From NCBI RefSeq assembly GCF_009834535.1, contig NC_045697.1, positions 102,054,001-102,118,000 on the forward strand: DNA of 64,000 bases. Direction: 5' to 3'. This DNA is from Camelus ferus (Eukaryota). Shown here piece after piece: positions 13,001 to 24,449 of this stretch. The notes under the pieces are model-generated. The model saw only the letters and a program-made list of their open reading frames with translations, did no database searches and was not told where the DNA came from. The position numbers were made by a program, and so were the translations under genes. Each line of letters begins with the position of its first letter. The stretch's first letter is position 1.

Positions 13001-14255
13001 CTATGTAAAGTTCACATTATTTACCATCAGAGACTGACTCTTGTTTTTGGTGAAAGCACAGAGTGAAACTCTTGATTTGTACCAGAAAGCGCATGTCCAA
13101 ACCAGATGTTTATCTTTTTAGGGCATCATCCTTCTCAAGAACAGAAAGAAAAATAGTCCTTATAAACTATTCGAGTCTTACATATGATTTAGTGAATAGT
13201 TTAAAGGGCTTAAATTCATCTTTATCTTTCTAGTCACTTGGGGAAAGATCCGTGAAACTTTGAGAAGATGGCAAGCAGGAACCAGTTTCCACCATAGTCA
13301 GTCTCATCAGAAAGGGAGAAGGCAACTAACTCTTATTGAGCACCTACTATGAGCCAAGTGTTTTTTTTTTTATATATTACCTCACTTAATTCTCTTAGCC
13401 ACCCTTGGAAAGATGTATGAAGACCACCGTTTTATAGATGGGGGAAATGGATCACAAAGAAGACCAGGGATTCAAACTCAATATATCATACAGCCTCTCA
13501 TATACGGCTGTTTTCCAGTAAATACAGTCCTGACTGATCGTACATAATTTAGGCAGAAAATGCATGTTACTTACTGAGAATGAGTAATGATTTATACTGA
13601 AAGAGGTTATGGAGTGGCAAGCGGTACATGGACATAATTTCTGCAATTATCCTGTCATACTGCAAAGTGATTTTTCTTTGACCACATAATCAGCATATCC
13701 CTGGCTCTGTGAAGAAAGTGCCTTCTGTTAACTAGTTGCTGCCCAGTATGCTACTTTGAAGACACAATAAACAAACATAGGTGTAGCATAAACAGGCATT
13801 TTTAAAAACAAACTTTCCTCTATGCCAGTCAATACATCTTTTACTCCATCCAAGATTATAATTCTGGGATCGGGGAGCCGCTAAGATTCGGTTCTGGAGC
13901 TAAAAATCCTAAGAAAATCTAACAGTACATTTTTAAGTTTGTTTACGAGTGACAGAAGCTACTAGCTAGATTCTCAGATACCTCCTGAAGAGGAGACTGA
14001 CTTGCTTAAAGGATGTCACACATAATCCAGGCCAGGTGAAATACTTCATATCTCATTACTGAAATTCTTCATTGCTTTCCTTTCCTAAAAAGTGATTTGT
14101 CGAGGATCAGTTGGCATTAAGACCACAAATAAAAACAACTCATTTGTTGGTATTATATTACTGATTGTGATTACTATGCAAATGACAGAACTCTTCCATT
14201 TCACATTGATTTTAATTAACCGAGACTCCCTTTTGTGGTTTCAATACTGACTTAC

Positions 14256-14345
14256 CATTATCTTCAACAGAGAAGAAGAAGATGTCGTTTGTTGCCTTGC
14301 TGCCTTCATGCAAGATGTAGTAGATCCTCCTCTCATCAACATCAG
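14256..14345 (-). CDS. FREM3: FREM3 coding exon 2 (90 nt, phase 1-1): (A)DVDERRIYYILHEGSKATNDIFFFSVEDN(G)
   Basis: Acceptor cctgttcctttaccAG| at 14346-14347 and donor ATG|GTAAGT at 14255. Phase matches the single G left by exon 1 (G+CT=Ala). The peptide continues the CSPG repeat begun by VFTQ. Confidence 0.92.
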
Positions 14346-14883
14346 CTGGTAAAGGAACAGGCACCACACATCGCATTGGCACAACAGAAAACGAGTGTGT
14401 TAAGAACCTCGGTATTTTCATAGGGCATGAAAATACTACAATAAATAAATCTAAAAATGACTAGATGAACATGGATCTAATTTTTTAAAAAAAATTATGA
14501 AGTGAATAAGATTCTAATGTTTTCTTAAAGTTATAATAGCAAAAAAAATTAGAACTTTATAGTTTTAAAATTCTGTTTGTGGGCTACCATATGTGTGATC
14601 TCTGAGGTGATGGCCAATAAGGAGAACCTTCTAGCTATGCATGCTTCACCCTCGCCCTCTACAGACAGCTGATTCCACCTGGCTTTAGGTCTTCTGTACA
14701 AGCATAGAGCTTGGAATAATGGTGGATACTCACTAACTCTTGTTGAAATGAAGTTAAAGAATAACTACTGCATCGTAAGGAAAAAGAAAATGAGAATAAA
14801 ATCAGGACCTTTTTCTATTGCCCATTCTCTTAGATTTTTGAGAATTTGTCACTTGGGTCTATAATTGTTTTTGCATTGGTCAA

Positions 14884-14975
14884 TTTTTTTTTTTTTAATG
14901 GAGGTACTGGGGATCAAACCCAGAACCTTGTGCATGCTAAGCACGTGCTCTGCCATTAAGCTATTCCTGCCCCCC
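14884..14975 (-). mobile_element. tRNA-derived SINE (Vic-1-like) in FREM3 intron 1, sense to the gene
   Basis: tRNA-Ala-like head with GGTTTGATCCCC box B, ATTAAA and A-tail. Confidence 0.85.
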
Positions 14976-15831
14976 ATTATTAGTATTTTAAAGACAATTT
15001 GCATTTTGGAGTATTTATTTCTAAGAATAATTCTTATAGAACTTCATGATTTCATTTGCTTTAGAAGCAATTCTGAAAGCATAAATAAACTATTTTTTTC
15101 AAACAACCTTCATAAGTTTTACTCTTAGATTGCATCTAGCTTTATAAGTACTGAATGCGTAAAATTCCATGTACCTCTTACATCTCATACACAGAGCTAC
15201 CTGAAAAAGTTTTAAGCCTGAAGAGAAGCCAAAGACACCAGGTGTCACATCACCTGGGAAAGCAGAGGGACCTGCCTCTAGTTCAGCATTAGTAGTAACG
15301 ACAAATATAAAAGAAAAATGATCATTAAAACATATCCCCCTACTTAGACAAAGTTTTTTTTTAGATGCAGAAATGGCATTTGAAAAGTATAATAAAACAT
15401 GCAGTATAATATTTATGTCTAAAATCTGGATACCAAACACTATCTTTAGAAACCTAGACTTACTGATAAACTATGCAAGGGATTCCTAAATATGCAGTTC
15501 TTTACGTAAAATTCAAACTTAAACTGATATTTTCAAAATCAATGTCATCTTTTCATATTTCAGAAGTAGAAGCTTTCTACCTGTGTTTTACAGCATTAAG
15601 ACATAACTACAAGTCTTGTTAAATGTCTGAGGGTGTCTGTTAAATGGGTATGCTGATTAAATAGCTGAAAATGGACCTTCTTGGTTTGTTAATTTCACAT
15701 TCCATTGTATTTCAATAGAATTAGAATTTTTTTGCTAATGGACTGGGGTCAGGACAATTTCCTTACATAACTGAGAGATCTGATCTGTTCAAGGAAAGGG
15801 ACAGAGGCACCAGGGCACGTTGTGTACTAAC

Positions 15832-18800
15832 CTTGTGTAAACACTTGCGTGCTCTCATTTCCAAGGCCAGTGTTGATAATGAAGCCATGCATTGGTCCTC
15901 TGGTCACTTTATACTTTAGGAGCCTGTGGGAGCTGTCCTGATCTTCTGCCTTCAGAGGACTGCTGGTAATTAGGAAGCCCATATGTCCAGTGTGAAGGTG
16001 CTTTAAGGCCAGGGCGCCCCTGTTAAAAGCAATCTGGGGGAGCCTGTTGTCCAGGGATCTTATGTGAATCCTCATTACCTGAGGTCTGCGTGTCTCCAGG
16101 GCAGTGTCAGGGAAGACAGAGAAATCAGCATGTGTGCCGTCAGAAACAGTCAAGGACAGACTGTCTTCGGTCGTCTCACTGCCATCATGCCAGTAGCTAA
16201 TCAGGTTCTCGTTCAGGTCCCGCTTGGAGAAGGTGGCCACAGGACGGCTGCCGTTATACAAAATCCTGCCGTGGATGGGGACCTGGGTGACAGTGAAGAG
16301 AAGAAGATCGTCTGGGGTATCCTCATCTTCTGCTGTCAACTCAAAGGGAGTGATCCATTTGCTCTCCCCTTCCCGCAGTACCAGCTTACGGACGGTCATG
16401 ATAGGTTTCTTATTATCCACGTCCGTGATGAAGATCCTGAAGGTCCGGAACATGGGATTGTGCCCATCAGTCACTTGAAACTCAAAGCTGTCTATCTTTA
16501 TCTTATCCTTGGAAGTGCAGACATAGAGTATCTTGTTGCCAGCCAACTGAAGCTGAGTGAAAGAGGAAATGGGCTCCCCAGGGTGGTCCGAGATTTCCAA
16601 GTGCCCCAGGCTAGGAGCCTGTGAGATGCTGAAGTGAAGTTGTTCATCAGGGCTATTTATATCACTGGCGCTAAGCAGATCCATGGTGAGGGTTACTCTG
16701 CTACATTCCGTCAGGGTGACCCTTTTTTGAACCATCTCAGGGAAGACCCTGTCTGAGCTGCCAATGGTGACGTAGAAGTAGCGGTTTAGCAAAGGGTTAA
16801 TCCCATCAGTCACATCAAACTTGATGAGGTCCTGAACTCCTTGGCCTGTGTGGATGTAACAGATGAGGCCCCGGTCAACCTCATCCTGGGTGAAGTTCAT
16901 TCCCAGGGTGAGGTTGTCCTTCACCTCCCCTCTGGGTTTCCTCAGTCTCTGTAGAAGCCCTTGTTGAGGCCCAGAACGGAGGACAAAACTGAGGCTTTTA
17001 TCATCTGAGTCAAGATCTGTGGCCTTCAGGACCCGACCTGTGATGACCTCAGTACATCCAGTCTCTACTTCCAGCCCACTGTTGATGGTCAGCTGAGGGG
17101 CTTCATCGTCCACCAGGATCACCACAATGGGTACCTTCCTGTGGGTGGTGTGCTTGCCGTCACTCAGCCAGACTTCAAAACTGTCCTCTGTGGTCTCAGA
17201 GTCATCATGCTCATACACAATGGTGGAGGCCTCCTGGATCTCCTGCAATGTGAAGCTGTAGATGGGCTGGCTGCCAGTGGCCAGCTGCTGGATAATTCGT
17301 CCATGTTGAGGGAGGGCTGTGAGCTGAAAGTGAAGCTCATTTGGTGGCAAGTCAGCATCGGCTCCATTGAGCAGTGGGGTGTCTATGACCAGACTCATCC
17401 CCTCTAACACCACAAACTCGTGGACAAGAAGTTCAGGCTGCTCGTCATTGGTGGGTAAGATCATTACAGGGAAGAAGACATTTGGGGAGGAGTTGATGCC
17501 ATCAGAGCAATGAAAGGTGAATTGATCTTTCTGTGGCTCTATCCCTTTGTGGATACTCTGTACGTAATTGATATGTCTCGTCCAGATGTCTCTGATGGAA
17601 AAAGCACTGATGGGAATACCAGCCTGTGACTCTTTTGAGTCAGGAGCTGATGCGATGTTTTCCAAGTAGCCAGAGGCTGGCTGATTGGTCACCGTGCAGA
17701 GGATTTTATCCTGGGGAGTGTCCACATCTTCAATACTGAGATGTTGTAAGGTCAAGGGGCTCTTCTCACCTTCATAGACAATGTAGGACTCCCCCACCAA
17801 GACCTTGGGGGCCACACTGTCCACCGGCAGCACGAGCACTTGAACCTGCACTCTCTCCACTGTGCTGGCCCCCATTGCCCATTGATAAGAATCCTTGGAG
17901 AGGGCAAGGCTGAAGGTATCATGCTGCTTCTGGAATCCAACTTCACCCCCTGTGTGGGCATAGACTACTGCCCCACTGATGAGATCCTCATGGGTGAATC
18001 GTTCTGTGGGGAAACCATTCAACAGAATAGTGCCCAGTTTTGGGCTGTCCTCCACAATGAAAGACAGCATCAAGTCACCTGTGTCCTTCTGGCCTTGTAG
18101 GATGTCCATGGGGATCTCAGTGGCTCTATTCTCCAGTACATCTATGGAAACTTCTAATAATGGACTACCTGTAATAGAGATAGTGGGACTTTTGCCAGCC
18201 ACAGTGGGATGCACAGAAATCTGGACAGTGATGGGTATGTGATGCACCCCGTCGCTTACCTCCAGACGAAAGGTGTCACTGGTGGTCTGGTCTCCGCTGT
18301 GCTGGTAAGAGATACTCCCATTAACAATATCAGCTTGCATGAAAAATTCCCCTGGGACCATACATTTTTTTAAGTACTGCAAGTGTCCATGTTGGGGACC
18401 CCAAACTAACATGAAGACAATCTGGTCAATGTCTGTGTCAGAGTCTGTAACATCCAGCTCATTACTGCTAAGGATAAAAGTTTCTCCTTCTAAGACAGTA
18501 AAGCCTCTGTTGGTGACTTGGGGAGGCTGGTTGTCGACAGGCTTCAGGAATAATGTGAATGTTCCGGGTACACTATTGCCAGCAGCATCCTCCACCTGGT
18601 AGGTGAACTGGACCACCCGTGGTACAATCCCCAACTTATTCTTGGGGGGCTGGTAGGCAACTTTGTGGTGATTTACCTGGGCCTGGGTGAAGTGCATGAT
18701 GGGGGTGTCTGGTGAATCAGTGATCACAATTTCTCCAGCCTGGACTTGATGGTTGCTATCTGTGTCAGTTGGGGGCATCAGTACGGTGTACCATAGGTGC

Positions 18801-21010
18801 TCGTCATCTGAGTTCCAGTCTACATATTGGAGGAATTTCTTCTGGAAGTGAGTGAGTTTGTATTGCTGCACAGTCATTTCTAGGGTAGTTCCTGGAAACA
18901 GCTCTGGACTCTGCAGATCCACTGGTTGGATCTTGATGGTGAAGAAATGTTGGTTGGATAGATTGGGTGGATCATGGTCGTCCTGCACATGGAAAGTCAT
19001 CTGGGTCATTACAGACTGAGGGCTATGGAGTCCAAGATGGCGGTAGAAGAGTCTCCCTTCCTTTATGTCTCGCTGAAGCCACTCAGTCACCACTTTCTCA
19101 TAAAGTCCTTCCTTTTCCACATAATACCAATCTTCATCTTCAGGGAACAGAGGTGGTTCAGCCTGCCGCAGCAGCATCTCCCCCAGACACTCACTTGAGT
19201 GGGAGGAGCCAGGGGCTGGATCCCACCCTCTTCCTTCTTTTCTGTCCAGAAGATGGTCTTCCAGGACAAAGTGGATGGTTGAGTCCTCAGAGTCAATATC
19301 TGTAGCACTCAGGACAAAGGGGGAGATCTGGACCACCTGCCCTTCAGTCACTGAGAGCCCGGTGTTGGCACTGACCATCGGGGGTTCATCATCAACAGGT
19401 ATGACTGTGAGAGGGAAGAGGAACTCCACCTGGTGTTGCCCATCCTCCATGTGGAAGATGATGTTGTCACTGTAGGTGTCGCTGCCATCATGCTGGTAGA
19501 CCACTCGCCCTGCTGCCAGGTCCACTGGTGTGAAGTGCCTGCGCCCGGCAGGTGCCCCAGGCACCACTAGCTGCCCATGTCTCAAGCCCTTGACTGCAAC
19601 TACTTTCACCTCTTCCAGGTTATCCTTATCACTGATCTGAAGGCTTTGGGCGCTGGACAGAGACTTTGACTGACCTTCAAAAAGCAGTAATCCCCGGGTA
19701 TAGTTAGCCATTGGGGCCAGGGTGTTCATGGACTTCACTACCACCGTGAAGGCAAAAGGATCTGAGGTGGCGCCATCTCCGTCGACCACCTGCAGCTCCA
19801 GCTGGAAAAGACGCTCCCCATCCAATTTCTCTGTAGGTGGCTGATAAGCAATTTTCAGTTCCCGCAGCTCCCGTTGGGTGAAGAAGGAGACTGGAAGGCC
19901 CAGGGGGTCATCAGTGCTGACCATGTAGCCCAGGTGCCCCGGCGTGGTGGCGGGGGCATTAAGAATGTTGAAAATGAGGTCATCAGCATCGGACTCCATG
20001 TCCTCGGCAGCCAGCGCGTCAGGCGTCAGGGCTGTCAGCACCAACTGATAGACTTCCATCATCATCAGGGCCCCGAGGCTCGGCCTGGGCGCAGTGTTCT
20101 CCACTCCCTCGCGGATGCTCACCAGCAGCTGGAAGTGTTCTCGGAGCAGCAACTCCCCTGACTCGGCGCCTCTGTCCCCTGGCCTGAGCAGCTCTGCCAC
20201 CATGGGCACGTAGTCCCGGTTGGGCGAGGGCGTGGTGGCCGTGTGCTGATAGCGCACCCCAGCCCGGACAAAAGCCTCACAGTCTACGCTTTTGCCCCTG
20301 GGGAGAGGGGCCCCCACAGCGTCCACCAAACGCCCGTACTTCGGCAGGGGGCCGCCCTCGGGAGGAAGAGGGGTGAGCCGGCATCTACGGGTGTCCGCGG
20401 GCCGAGACTCCGGGGAGGCAAAGTCCAGCACTCCCCTGTCGATGGCGTGGCTCCAGCCGCGCAGCTTCTCCACCGCCAAGGGCCAGTTGCGCGTCACCAG
20501 CTCCAGCTCGGGGAAGACCACTTCCACCGCCAGGGTGAAGGGCAGCACCAGCGTGGAAGTCGGGGCGTCGTAGCGCAGCTGCAGCCGCACCCGGGCGCGC
20601 CGGGGACTGTGGGCGCCAAAGTGAGTATACTGGACCTGGCGGGGCCCGAAGGCGCAGGGGAAGCGGCGCGGGGACAGCGCGCCGTGGCACGGCGGCAAGG
20701 CGTCCAGCACTGTCACCTCGCACTGGTCTCCCGGCTGCACTCGAATCACCAGGTCCCGGAGAGGATCGACCCAAAGCGAGCGGCCCACGGGCACCCGGAG
20801 CCCGGGGTTGGCGATCAGAACGCTGTGCCTGGGGCCGTCGGGGCTTCTGTGGCCCAGGGAGCCCCAGGTGGGCAGGTAGAGTGCCGGGTGGGGCTCAGCC
20901 CCAGGCGAGGATACCTGTCCTTGTAGCAGGGGGTAGTTCAGGAGCAGGTAGCCGAGCGCGGCAACAAGCTGCCGGGGCGTCCCAGCAGAGCGCAGAGAAA
21001 TCCTAGCCAT
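15832..21010 (-). CDS. FREM3: FREM3 (FRAS1-related extracellular matrix protein 3) coding exon 1: signal peptide, N-terminal NV domain, tandem CSPG/cadherin-like repeats
   Basis: 1726 uninterrupted codons plus 1 nt from ATG at 21010. Hydrophobic signal ([17 protein letters not shown]), FREM-type N-terminus ([26 protein letters not shown]), repeated CSPG motifs (e.g. PVDDEPP...LSATDIDS...[14 protein letters not shown]). Donor CAAG|GTTAGT at 15832/15831. The giant first exon fits FREM2/FREM3; sequence recall favours FREM3. Confidence 0.93.
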
Positions 21011-21480
21011 GGGATCTAGGCGGTGGATTGCCTGGAGGGTACCCCGTCCTCAGAGTGGCCCGCTCAGCGGCAGGTGCCGGCGGTGGCCGCTGTCCACTCT
21101 GGAGCGGATGAGCGGACTTGACAAGAGCCGGTGGCTGCGCTTCAGCTGTGGCAGGTAAAGGCGGGGAGGGGGGTGGGGTGGGGGAAGACGGGCTCCGCCA
21201 CCTTCTGCTCCCTCCCCTTCCCAAATCTCTCCTCTGCTGGCGCGAGGGGCCGCCCAGAAATGCCCCAGCGTCCAGAGACCTGGGAGGGTGCAGGAGCTCT
21301 CCCCTCGGCTCCTTGGGGCCTTTACCGCAGCTATCTTACTGACCTTCTCGCCTGGAGGGTTGGTCGGCCATCGTGCAGCCCTAGGCTGCCTGCCTCGGAC
21401 CAGTTGGTCTGGAAACTCTCCTCCCCGGGCGGCTCAACGGGACTGTCCCTCAGGGCTGGCTGACAGTGACTGTACCGGGT
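19940..21480. promoter_or_regulatory. CpG island spanning the FREM3 promoter, 5' UTR and start of exon 1
   Basis: Sharp rise in GC and CpG density against AT-rich flanks, overlapping the ATG at 21010; GC/GT-box-like runs at 21160-21192. Boundaries approximate. Confidence 0.85.
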
Positions 21481-22659
21481 CAGCTCTGTGCCTATGAGAC
21501 ACTGCATTCCCTTGGTCCATTCATACAGGCAATGGTGCTTCTGATGGTGGGGGGAGCCATCATTCCGGCTTCCTTACCACTGACAAGAGTGCATTTCTAG
21601 CCAAGATTGAGTCTCACTTCGGACATAAAAGAAGCTAGTGGGAGCTATTTTGCAAATAGGATTTTCTAGCTGTCTGCCTGATAAAGCAGCTTATTCCAGA
21701 TCCTGCAATTCGGTGCTTCCAAAATCACCCCGGCATTTCTCTTCTGCTCAGTTTTTGGGAAAAGCGCTAGCATCGAGCCTGATAAACTTGAATAGCTTTT
21801 AATTTGTGTCTAGTCAGTGGGTCTCAGGTACCACAAATCCAGTGGGCAGGTCAGCTTCCCTTTTATTTTCTTAGAACCTAGTTTCCATATCCGATCAACA
21901 ACAATTCCCTGTGAGTTGATTAGATATGCTATTTCCTAATTACTTCCTTTGTAGAAAAATATGTAGTAGCCAGAGGGGAAGATGTCAAGAGAAACAGTAG
22001 CAGAGAAAATACCACAGATCCTTGGATCAATTTCTGTGAATTAATCTATTTAACACTCGGAATGGAATGTGGCTCTTCACGGCTTTCAGATGAAGATGAC
22101 TGCCCTCCATGGTGTGGTGTCAGGTACTTAGCCTCATACTCATTTTTCAAGTATTAGAGGTGTCCATGTAGCCACAGTGCAGAGTAATCGTTTCCTATAA
22201 GTGAAATGATTGTTAATGTGCTTTCTTATGCAATTAATATGAAAGTGAGAAAAACTTACTAATGACAGTAAAAAACAGATGCATCCCAAACTGCATTAAT
22301 AAAAATGGCTTCAAGGGGAATATAAATCAGTAGACTACCATCCTTAAATTATTCTTTTGATTTTTTTTTTACAGCATTACAGATGCCTATTTTATTCACA
22401 GCAGCAGCAGCAACTGACTACCAGAGCAGAAATAATCTTCTAGTGGCTTGACAGAGTTAATTTTCTCCCTAAATATTTAATTTAACCAGCCAGTGAAATA
22501 CTGTGGATCTGTATAATCCACCAAAGTAGAATGTGGGTATACCTCATGAACATGCAGATTTGTTCATATAACAGAATATTCAGTTAATTTGAAACTATAT
22601 ATGTTTAGCTTAATTATGCAATGCTACTCTGGTGTGTCTGGAAACTATTAAAAATATTT

Positions 22660-23170
22660 TTATGTCTGTGACTCTGTTTCTGTTTTGTAAATAAGTCCAT
22701 CTGTATCTTTTTTTTTTTTTAGATTCCACAAATAAGTGGTATCATATTGGTCTTTGACTGACTTCACTTAGTATGATCATCTCTAGGTCCATCCATGTTG
22801 CTGCAAATGACATTATTTCACTTTTTATAGCTCAGTATTCCATTGTGTGTGTGTGTGTACATACACATATATATGTATATATACACACCACATCTTTATC
22901 CATTCATCTGTCAATTGACATTTTGGTAAACAAACTTGTGGTTACCAGAGAGGAAGGAGTGGGAAGGGCTAAATTAGGAGTTTGGGATTAGCAGATATAA
23001 ACTACTATATATAAAATAAACAACAAGGTACTACTGTATAGCATAGGGAATTACATTCAATATCCTGTAATAACCTATAATGAAAAAGAATATATATGTA
23101 TAACTGAATCACTATACTGTACATCAGAAACACAACATTGTAACACAACTATATACTTCAATTAAAAAAA
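22660..23170 (+). mobile_element. L1 3' end with 5' inversion (twin priming)
   Basis: 22660-22926 is antisense L1 and 22928-23170 is sense L1 ending in an A-tail; the two parts are adjacent in the uninverted copy at 26005-26305. Confidence 0.85.
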
Positions 23171-23553
23171 TAAATACATATATATATTTTTTAATTGAAA
23201 CACAGGTAAAATTCCATTGTAAATGAAAGAGGCATTCTATTTTATAAGGCTCCTGCCTTGTCCAAGGATATTTTCATAATAAAACTTACTGGGCTGCATA
23301 TATTAAATTTTACCAAGTGAATATTCTTGTATGAGTGTAATTTTGGTTCCTGTCCAAGCACCACTCACTCTGGCAATTATCCTGTCATGTGCTATTTTCA
23401 TTGTAGGCAGAGAAGGGGTGGGCAGCTAGGATGACAGAAAGCTAAATAAACTGTTTATATTTTTGTCCTCTGACCCTCCCCCTCCAGCTAACTCCCTCTC
23501 CTCTTCTTCACCATCAGGCTTCTTAAAAGTGGTGTTTTGTTGCTGCTGTTCTT

Positions 23554-24449
23554 TCTTTCTTTCCCATTTTTTCCCTCGTAACAACGAAGTGTAGTTTTAT
23601 TGAAGTACAGTTAGTTACAGTGTGTCAGTTTCTGGTGTACAGCACAATGTCCCAATCATGCATATGCATACATATATTTGTCTTCATATTCTTTTTCATT
23701 AAAGGTTATTACAAGATATTAACTATAGTTCCTTGTGCTATACAGAAGAAACTTTAAAAAAATCTGTTTTATATATAGTGGCTAACACTTGCAAATCTCA
23801 AACTCCCTAATTTATCCCTTCCCACCTCCTTTCCCCTGGTAGACATAAGATTGTTTACTACATCTGAGAGTCTGTTTCTGTTTTGTAGGTGAGTTCATTA
23901 AAGACCTCTTTTATTCTTTTCTTTTTTCTTTTTTTAGATTCCACATATGAATGATGTCATATGGCATTTTGTTTTCTCTTCCTGTCTTCACTTAGAATGA
24001 TGACCTCTAGGTCCATCCAAGTTACTGCAAATGGCATTATTTTATTCTTTTTTATGGCCGAGTAGTATTCCATTGTATAAATATACTACAGCTTCTTTAT
24101 CCAGTTGTCTGTCGACATTTAGGTTGCTTCCATGTCTTGGCTATTGTATATAGAGCTTCCATGAACACTGGGGTACATGTATCTTTTTAGGATTAGACTT
24201 TTCTCTGGATATATGCCCAGGAGTGGGATTGCTGGACCATATGGTAACTCTATTTTCAGTTCTTAAGGAAACCTCCATACTGTTCTCCATAGTGGCTGAA
24301 CCAATTTACATTCCCACTAACAGTGTAGGAGAGTTTCCTTTTCTCCACACCCTCTCCAGCATTTATCATTCACGGACTCTTGAATGATGTCCATTCTGAC
24401 TGGTTGAGGTGATACCTCATTGTAGTTTTGATTTGCATTTCTCTGATAA
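23554..24449 (-). mobile_element. L1 3' ~0.9 kb, 5'-truncated
   Basis: ORF2 C-terminal and 3' UTR sequence; 18-bp TSD TTTGTTGCTGCTGTTCTT (23536-23553)/TTTGTTGCTACTGTTCTT (24450-24467). Confidence 0.9.

Noticed and set aside
1..14255. Further FREM3 exons (exon 3 onward)
   Set aside because: No segment translating to the expected continuation or Calx-beta sequence was found; intron 2 appears to extend beyond the window.
15827..15831. TAG at 15827-15829 as the true FREM3 stop or a nonsense mutation
   Set aside because: It lies within the GTTAGT donor; an in-phase exon 2 follows at 14345.
16064..20926. Many overlapping and antisense ORFs, e.g. 20243-20926 (+, 227 aa) and 16064-16624 (+, 186 aa)
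   Set aside because: Shadow ORFs of the GC-rich FREM3 exon; mostly non-ATG starts and no recognisable domains.
21003..21224. Upstream ORF overlapping the FREM3 start
   Set aside because: Starts at a non-ATG codon; I see no upstream ATG on the minus strand within about 350 nt.
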